Positions 56,780 to 64,000 of a stretch of DNA of 64,000 bases are shown piece by piece. The notes beneath the pieces were generated by a model. It was not told where the DNA came from. It saw only the letters and a list, made by a program, of their open reading frames with translations, and did no database searches. The number at the start of each line of letters is the position of its first letter. Positions within the stretch are counted from its first letter, which is position 1. The stretch lies in contig OZ037765.1 in NCBI GenBank assembly GCA_964035545.1, forward strand, positions 31,185,504 to 31,249,503, written 5' to 3'. The DNA comes from Bugula neritina. Taxonomy: Eukaryota > Animalia > Bryozoa. The position numbers and the translations under genes were made by a program.

Positions 56780-59700
56780 TTAAAATTCTGAGTCAATTCG
56801 GCTTAGATAATCGGCTCCAACATTGTCTTTTCCTTTGATTGACTCCACCTTGATCCTGAAGTTCTGTAAATACATAGCCCATCTCATCACTCTGCTGTTC
56901 TCAAATTTGGCCTGGTTGATGTACACCAGCGGTTGGTGATCAGTCTGCAGCACGAACTCCACACCATATAAATATTGTAGATATTTCTTGACCGCCCATA
57001 CCACAGCTAAGCATTCCTTCTCTATGGCTGAGTAGTTTCTCTCTCGGTCTAGTAGTTTCCTACTTGCGTAACTCACAGGGAACAGCTTTCCATCCTGAGG
57101 CTGCATCAGCACTGCCCCTAGCCCAACATCTGATGCATCAGTCCTTAGCACAAACGGTTTGTGTACATCTGGTAATTTCAAAATTGGCGCACTTGTCAGC
57201 ATTGTTTTTAAGCTGGTGTACGCTTTCTCTTGTGGTTCCTGCCATTTGACTTTCTTTGGTTCTCCCTTCTTTGTTAAATCTGTTAATGGACTCGCTATAG
57301 TTGAATAATGAGGAATATATTCTCTGTAGTAACTAGTAAGTCCAATGAACGATCTCACTTGCGTCTTATTGGTTGGCCTTGGCGCAGCCCTAATTTTCTC
57401 AATGTTGTCATCCATTGGTTTAATTTCACCCCTGTAAAGTTTATGTCCGATGAACTCCGTGTTTGTTCCTCCTACTCTACATTTACTTGGTCTAACGGTA
57501 AGTCCAGCTGTGGCAAGCCGGCTGAAAACTTCTGTTAGCGTTTTAACGTGTTCTTCCCAACTTTCCGTGTGCACTAGAATGTCATCAATGTAGTTGTCCA
57601 CTCCTTTCAGATTTACAAAAAGTTTTCTCAACCCTCTCACCAGTGTCGCTCCAGAGTTAACCATCCCAAATGGCATCTTGATGAATTCATAATGTCCATC
57701 GGGTGTCACAAATGCAGTTTTAGGAATATCTTCTTTCTTCACTGGTATTTGCCAGTATCCCTTGGATAAATCAAGTTTGGTAAAGTATTTATCTTTACTG
57801 AGCTTTCTGAAAACGTCATCTATTTTCACCATTGGTTCAGGATCGAATACTGTGACTCGGTTTAGTTTGCGATAGTCTATACAAATCCTGTTGCTTCCAT
57901 CTGGCTTCTTTACTATCACCGTTGGTGAGGCGTAGGGAGAGGTAGATGGCCGAATAACACCCATCTTCAACATATCCTCGATGTCCGCCTTGAGAGTTTC
58001 TCTTACCCTGTAGGGCAATCCATATGGTTTGGATTTCACTGGCTCATCAGTCGTGAGCTCGATAGAATGTTCTATTCCCGTTGCATTTCCTGGCAAGTCA
58101 CTGAAGATACCTTCAAACTTTCTTAGTAACTCCTCCAGCCGTCTTCTTTGCTGATTCTCCAGCTCTTCACCCAGAATGACATCTTTGCTTGTTTCTGTCT
58201 GCTGTTTCTTGCCGTACAGGCCCAACAAATCATCTTGGCCTTCTTCTCTTTCCTCATCATGATCAATAACTCCAGTACCAGCAGCATCTAAAGTCATCAC
58301 AGCTCCAACAGTCATAGGGTCGGTAGGCGCCTCCCGCTCAAAATATTTCTTCAGCATGTTGGCATGGTATGTTCTCCTCTTGCCTCTAATGTTGATAATG
58401 TAGTCATTCAGTCTGACTTTCTCCTCAATATTGAATGGTCCTTGCCAATGCATCAGCAATTTATTTCCATCCGTAGGTAGAAGAATGAGCACTTTGTCAC
58501 CAGGTCTGAAGTCTCTCTGCTTAGCTTTCTTGTCAAAATAGTGTTTGTATCTTTTTTGACTGTCTTTTAGCGAAGCTAGTGCCATTTCCATCATGTCATC
58601 TAAACGCTCTCTCAATTCAAAAACATGTTGATAGCAGGTCTTGACTTCATCGGCGGTGTCTTCTTTTGTCCAAAGTTGTCGCAGGATGTACATTGGTCCA
58701 CGTACAGTTCTTCCATAGAGTAACTCGAATGGGGCGAAGCCTGTTGATTCCTGTGGGACTTCTCTATATGCAAATAGAGCCGCATTGATGAACCGATGCC
58801 ACTGTCTTGGCTCTTTAGCACACAACTTTTTTAACATACTCTTGAGGGTTCCGTTGAACTTTTCCACAAGTCCATTGGCCATTGCATGGTATGGTGAGGT
58901 AGGAAGTTGTCGCATGTCAAGTAATCTGGTAAACTCTTTCATGTAATCCGAGATGAATTGAGTTCCTTGGTCGCTTATCACCTCCTCTGGTATCCCAACA
59001 CGACTGTATATGTCAAGCAGCGCTTCAGCTACAGTAGCTGAGTCAATATTCTTCAATGGTGTAGCTTCAGGGTATCTTGTAGCATAGTCAACTAAAGTTA
59101 GGATGTAGCGGTGTCCTTTCTCACTTGGAGGGTTAATTGGTCCGATTAGGTCTATTGCACATCTCTTGAATGGGGTGTCAATTAGTGGAGTTTCCTGTAC
59201 TGGAACTTTCATGACTGAGCCTTTTTTCACCGTCTTCTGGCAAATGTCACATGATTGACAGAAACGTACGACATCTCCGTTTAGTCCTGGCCAGAAGAAG
59301 TTGGAAAGCACTCTATCAGTGGTTTTCTTTACTCCTAGGTGTCCGCTCATTATGCAGTCATGAGCTTTCTGTAGAACTTCCTTCCTCAGTGAACTGGGTA
59401 CCATGAGTTGTTTAACAGGTTTTACACTGACAGACTTCGAGTCGGTGTACTCACGGTACAGAATCTTATTCCTCACCACAAACCTAGTGGTGCATCCCTT
59501 TTTCTCCTTCACTTCTTTTGCATCGAAGAAACGTTCCAATGTGGGGTCATCCCTCTGCAGTCTGGCTATCTCATCTTTCCCTATACTTAATGGGTTAGCA
59601 TTTGAATCAATCATCAGTGGTTTGTCCCCTGACTTTTCCTTGACAGCTTGAGCTCTTGTGGTTACGGCGCAGTCCTTCCAGTTTTCCAGCGGCTGGTCAG

Positions 59701-61195
59701 CTGATCTTGCTCCATCCACATTCCCAATAAGCAGGTCACAAATCGTCTTGTCCATTACTGCAGCTTTGACGACACCATTGTAAAAGGGTGAGCGCACTGA
59801 GATAAGTGCCCACTGAGCCTCCCTAACACTTGCATCAGCCATATTCAGATAAACTGATTCTCCAGTTAAGTGTTGAGGTTGCACATACTTTGCATTGACT
59901 ACAATGCAACCGCAGCCGGTGTCGCGCATTACAGTAGCTCGTTGGCCATTAACTTCCGCATCAAATATCGCTGTGCCCCCATCTTTGAATTTAGGTCCAT
60001 TTTTGCAGACAGCAGCGTTGACAAACTTTTTACCATTGACTGTGATTTCCGTAGGTTCTTCCACTTTAGATGAGATTCCTGGATCTGTGACCACAGTCTT
60101 TTTCTGAGTAGTCGCTATTGCAGCAGCAGCATGCACTGACCTTCCACCATACTTTCTGCAGTCTGAAGTATTGTGGTTGTTCATCTTGCAATGTGAACAG
60201 TACTTCTTCCCTCGCCGTGGGCAGTTACGAGCAATGTGTGACTTATCTTTGCAGATAAAGCATGCCCCATCGCTTTTACTTCCTTGTTCAGCATTCATGC
60301 TACCGGTGGGTGTGTTTTCCATCCTTTTTGTATTAGTTTTCTTAGTCTTTGCTAGTTTTCTTCCACGGGCGTGCAAAAACAGTGATGCTGCATCACACAT
60401 ATCTTCACTGCTGTTGTAGGAACTTTGCTTTAAATGCACAGCTAGGTCGTCTGGGCATGATGATATAAATTGTTCAGTCGCCACTAGTTTGGCTATGTCC
60501 ATGCCCCCTGAAAGCTCCACCCACTTGTGCACGTAAGTTTCTATCCTAGTGAATAGTTGGGCAGGAGTTTCATCCTCGTAAGCTTCTGCCTCTCTGAGCT
60601 TTTTTCTGTAGCCCTCTTGAGTCAAGTTAAAGCGCTCCAACAAGGCTTCTTTGACTTTTTTATAATCTCTACGATCGGTAGGTGACAACCGGATGTAAGC
60701 TTCTGTTGCTGTACCCCTTAGGTACTGACTGAGATGGTAGGGCCAATCTCCCTTGTCCCAGTTACATCCTTCGGCAACCCACTCGAACCGCTCTAAATAG
60801 CTATCCATTTCATCCACCTTCTCATCAAAGAATGGTATCTTTGGTTTTGGTTTGTTAGCTATTTCTAACCTGGTGCTCTCATGTCTTGAGTGCTCCAAAC
60901 TTGTGTTAGCTTTCAGCTTTTCCATATCTAATTCATGTTGTTGTCTTCTCTCTTCTGCCTCCTGGTCAGCTTTTATCTTCATCTCCATTAAGGCTTTCTC
61001 ATTTTCTTGCTTGATCCTTTCCGCCTCACGCTCTAATCTACGCTCCTCTCGGTCCTTTTCTTTTTCCTCTCGGTCCTTTTCTTTTTCCTCTTGTGCAGCA
61101 ACAATGGGTAGGTTCTTTTCAACAAAAGCTACGAGCTTGTCCTCCACCAATCCAAGGTCTTTACCCATCTGTGTCACTCTCTCCAACAACGCCAT
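56780..61195 (-). CDS. Gag-Pol polyprotein of copy 2 (Gag-PR-IN-RT-RH)
   Basis: Same motifs as 1658-6118; differs by two in-frame repeat indels (+7, -22 aa) and about 15 substitutions. Confidence 0.98.
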   Translation of the reverse strand: MALLERVTQMGKDLGLVEDKLVAFVEKNLPIVAAQEEKEKDREEKEKDREERRLEREAERIKQENEKALMEMKIKADQEAEERRQQHELDMEKLKANTSLEHSRHESTRLEIANKPKPKIPFFDEKVDEMDSYLERFEWVAEGCNWDKGDWPYHLSQYLRGTATEAYIRLSPTDRRDYKKVKEALLERFNLTQEGYRKKLREAEAYEDETPAQLFTRIETYVHKWVELSGGMDIAKLVATEQFISSCPDDLAVHLKQSSYNSSEDMCDAASLFLHARGRKLAKTKKTNTKRMENTPTGSMNAEQGSKSDGACFICKDKSHIARNCPRRGKKYCSHCKMNNHNTSDCRKYGGRSVHAAAAIATTQKKTVVTDPGISSKVEEPTEITVNGKKFVNAAVCKNGPKFKDGGTAIFDAEVNGQRATVMRDTGCGCIVVNAKYVQPQHLTGESVYLNMADASVREAQWALISVRSPFYNGVVKAAVMDKTICDLLIGNVDGARSADQPLENWKDCAVTTRAQAVKEKSGDKPLMIDSNANPLSIGKDEIARLQRDDPTLERFFDAKEVKEKKGCTTRFVVRNKILYREYTDSKSVSVKPVKQLMVPSSLRKEVLQKAHDCIMSGHLGVKKTTDRVLSNFFWPGLNGDVVRFCQSCDICQKTVKKGSVMKVPVQETPLIDTPFKRCAIDLIGPINPPSEKGHRYILTLVDYATRYPEATPLKNIDSATVAEALLDIYSRVGIPEEVISDQGTQFISDYMKEFTRLLDMRQLPTSPYHAMANGLVEKFNGTLKSMLKKLCAKEPRQWHRFINAALFAYREVPQESTGFAPFELLYGRTVRGPMYILRQLWTKEDTADEVKTCYQHVFELRERLDDMMEMALASLKDSQKRYKHYFDKKAKQRDFRPGDKVLILLPTDGNKLLMHWQGPFNIEEKVRLNDYIINIRGKRRTYHANMLKKYFEREAPTDPMTVGAVMTLDAAGTGVIDHDEEREEGQDDLLGLYGKKQQTETSKDVILGEELENQQRRRLEELLRKFEGIFSDLPGNATGIEHSIELTTDEPVKSKPYGLPYRVRETLKADIEDMLKMGVIRPSTSPYASPTVIVKKPDGSNRICIDYRKLNRVTVFDPEPMVKIDDVFRKLSKDKYFTKLDLSKGYWQIPVKKEDIPKTAFVTPDGHYEFIKMPFGMVNSGATLVRGLRKLFVNLKGVDNYIDDILVHTESWEEHVKTLTEVFSRLATAGLTVRPSKCRVGGTNTEFIGHKLYRGEIKPMDDNIEKIRAAPRPTNKTQVRSFIGLTSYYREYIPHYSTIASPLTDLTKKGEPKKVKWQEPQEKAYTSLKTMLTSAPILKLPDVHKPFVLRTDASDVGLGAVLMQPQDGKLFPVSYASRKLLDRERNYSAIEKECLAVVWAVKKYLQYLYGVEFVLQTDHQPLVYINQAKFENSRVMRWAMYLQNFRIKVESIKGKDNVGADYLSRIDSEF

Positions 61196-61291
61196 AATGT
61201 CTCAACAACTGTTAATTAATCCTGTGTATGCTCACGTTGTAACTAATAACTTCCCTGTGTGCGACTGAGACTTCCCGGAGCAGCCCCCAAT

Positions 61292-61803
61292 TGTCACAAA
61301 ACTGTTGGTAGCAGTGTGACGAGTTCGAAAAGTCTGGTAGTCAGAAGTATAGAGACAAGTAGCATACAGCTTGCTAATCCAGTTGAGAGTAAATAGAGTA
61401 GACTTTATTTCTTCAGTAAGATATGCACAGATGAACTTATAAGAGTGAACTGATTCGTAAACACAACTGCCTCAGTATTTATAGTAAACAAAACACTCTA
61501 GAACATTCTCAAGCATTCCAGTAGAGAAGATTCTAGTAGAAAACATTCCCCACATGCCAATACTATTTATAGAAAATCAAAACAAAACAAAACATTGGAA
61601 TTTCCATGGTTATTTCGCAATTATTGCGCAATACCTTGTTTACATTGCTGGGCAGTAGTTAACATGACTAACCAAAACAGTAACAATGAACAATGACCCA
61701 TCTCTTTGATTAGTCTAGAATATTTATGAACATTCCTGTATAATCATTAGGAAAAACCCGGTAAGTCTATTTATAGGTATATGTACACTCAGAATTTGTG
61801 ACA
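61292..61803 (-). repeat. 5' LTR of copy 2
   Basis: TG...CA, followed internally by the same tRNA-Pro-like PBS. Confidence 0.97.
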
Positions 61804-62689
61804 CCCCAAAAGATCAAATTTGACAGGTTTAATATGTGTTAACCTAGAAGATGATTAAATGTAAAGCTGCAGAGGTTAGTACAATCAAACATAAAAGGTT
61901 ACTTATGGTGGTGTACAGTTTGCAAAACCTTATTGCATTGATAATTAACATGCAATAACCTAGGTTTTTGACCAAAATGTAGATATAGTTATACCTGTAG
62001 ACCTCAGTGATAAATTTTCATTAGCCTCTCCTACACACCTGGCACTGTTTTTTAAAGACATTTTGATTTATTTCTGGATTTCATGTTGATTTTTTCCAAA
62101 TTCCATTGCTTATTGATAAAATGCAAGTCCACACAAAATAGCTGTCACTGCCTTGCTGAGGCCACATTATTGGTATATTATAAGAATTCAGTCCCGGCAA
62201 ACAAAACTTCACATAATTGTGCTAGAATTAAAATTTAAAAACCATGTTTTAGATCTTCCTGTTCCTTAGAGCACCTGCTTTTTGAGTTTTCAATAATTTT
62301 TGCAAAGTTATAGACAAAAATCTTCTCATTTTTGGCCAGTTTTACCTGAAAAATTTATTTTTCAATCCCTGCCAAATATCTCAGCAGGAAAGCATGGTAT
62401 TCGAATAAAACAAACACTGTCGGAAACCTGAGAAATTTATGCATGGCAACCTTTTTGATCTTTTCAATAGCCTTCATAGATTTTCTACAAGTTAGTGATA
62501 TGTACACCGAAAATAAAAGATTTTTTCAATAGTAATCACCAATGCACAGCACTTCGTGCTTCAGTGAACACGTAGAGATGAGAAGTTGGAATATTGATAG
62601 CTGCATATTATTCATAGTATAATCCCAGGCTAAACAATCACAAGTAGGCAACACGCATGCCACCCACATAGCTTCAACATTACAAGAAC

Positions 62690-62839
62690 TTAAATTAGAT
62701 CGTGAGCGAAATTGATGATATTCCCAGTGAGGATGCCAATCAGCAAAGTGTACCAGGTAAATACTTCACCATTATAAATTATATAAATCGGCAATCGGTT
62801 GTACCTGTCGATGGCAACTTTAGACGGTGAAGACGGCAT
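62690..62839 (-). pseudogene. Truncated duplicate of the HEATR9-like start fused to unrelated sequence
   Basis: MPSSPSKVAIDRYNRLP (vs MPSSPSKVAISRYNRLP), then homology ends and the frame closes after 49 codons. Confidence 0.7.
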
Positions 62840-64000
62840 CTCCCTCGTAAATTCGTAACTTTATTTCAAATTTGTACCAGTCCTTTATACTTTCTTTATG
62901 TTGGAGCAACTTTTTATTACATTCTCTTTTTTCTAAAATAGATAATTGAATTCCAAATTTTTATAATAGACCCTTTTTCAGAAGTCCATGATATACCCTT
63001 TACAAATAAGAGTTGTGTCCTCCCAAATAGGGTTATTCTGGTGAGTTATTTCTCATCTTACATTGTCCACTATTATCATTATGTGTTGCTAAAGTTACAA
63101 AATTACTTAAGGGATGTTGTTAGTAACATAATACAACTTTTAATGTGTGATGAGCATTTCCATGATATGTCTAGCCAGTAACAATGAAACATAACCAATA
63201 CCAAAACCAAATGCCTAAATTTAGTTTATATTTACTTGAATTGAAATCAACACAGAAATATTTGTAGATGCTTACAGCTATTGCATAGAACAACTAGTAG
63301 TAGTACAACTAGTTGCCTATATCAATAGACGACTAGAACTAGCAAGTTAGTAAGTTATTTACTTACTTTTTGTACATAATCATAATGCAACTTTAAACTA
63401 TAGGAATAAGGCAGCTCTTATAAGTCAGATAAAAATGAAGTAGTTGATACTGGATGCAACATTTCAGGTCAAACTTTTGAGCTAGAAGTAGAATATAAAA
63501 ATGATAAACTATAAAATCTCTACCGACTGTGATACTGCCTGAACTTTTGAAGTTAAACTGAATAGTCTAGACAGCTAGTGTAGCTTTAAATTTTAAAAAC
63601 ATTGCTCAGTATGACTTTTTTTTATAAAACTAAAAGTCTTCAGACCTCAGTTTAAAGCAGGAAGTCTAAACAAAAACAATAATTGAACTTTTCATACAAC
63701 CTACAAGATACATTTATAGAGTTAAATAAAACAAACGCAGTTTTATAATGATGAATAGAGAATAGTCATACTCATAAGTCATAGTGCTAGCAGTAGTACG
63801 ACCTTATACTATATAGTTATATTTACTTTTAGATTAAGTTCAACTTAGAATCAGTATGACTATGAAGTTAAACACTAATAAAAATGATAACATTATGATT
63901 ATAACCATCAAGTTCAACATTAATATTGATAATTCAAATTATCATTAATATAGTAATCACTAATCAGTAATACCATCGGCATCATATTGATTAAAGGGTA
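62790..64000. repeat. Segmental duplication, copy B (runs off the window)
   Basis: Matches 49029-50208 from GGCAATCGGTTGTACCTG through ...CCATCGGCATCATATT. Confidence 0.93.

Larger units (their letters stand above)
56222..61803 (-). mobile_element. Full-length Gmr1-like Ty3/gypsy LTR retrotransposon, copy 2
   Basis: 512-bp LTRs at 56222-56733 and 61292-61803, TSD CCCCA (56217-56221, 61804-61808), PBS 61289-61273, PPT, intact 1471-aa ORF. Confidence 0.97.

Noticed and set aside
62340-62790. Possible decayed coding sequence left of the duplication breakpoint
   Set aside because: Frames are interrupted by stops and no family could be recognised.

Overview
AT-rich animal (probably invertebrate) genomic DNA with compact intron-rich genes. 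Left to right: the 3' part of an MDM1 gene (+); MTFP1 (-); an unknown intronless 184-aa ORF (+); a complete COPA gene (-) head-to-head with ALKBH7 (+); and a long HEATR9-like gene (-) whose intron holds a 512-aa orphan ORF that can splice in frame onto the HEAT exons. Two young, full-length Gmr1-type Ty3/gypsy LTR retrotransposons lie at 1050-6676 (+, inside an MDM1 intron) and 56222-61803 (-). They have the unusual Gag(SCAN-like)-PR-IN-RT-RH order, 512-bp LTRs, intact 5-bp TSDs and a tRNA-Pro-like PBS. The most striking structure is 50713-54212: an RPS15A-derived unit that seems to have become a multi-intron snoRNA host. It has a TOP-like first exon, a ~465-bp unit repeated seven times with one SNORA21-type H/ACA snoRNA each, six scrambled RPS15A exons with splice sites between them, and an intact RPS15A terminal exon with AATAAA. 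The adjacent HEATR9 5' region is duplicated at 62790-64000, which predicts a second RPS15A-type locus just beyond the window. Many introns carry minisatellites, several built from the splice sites themselves. All exon structures and homology calls were made by eye, without database searches.
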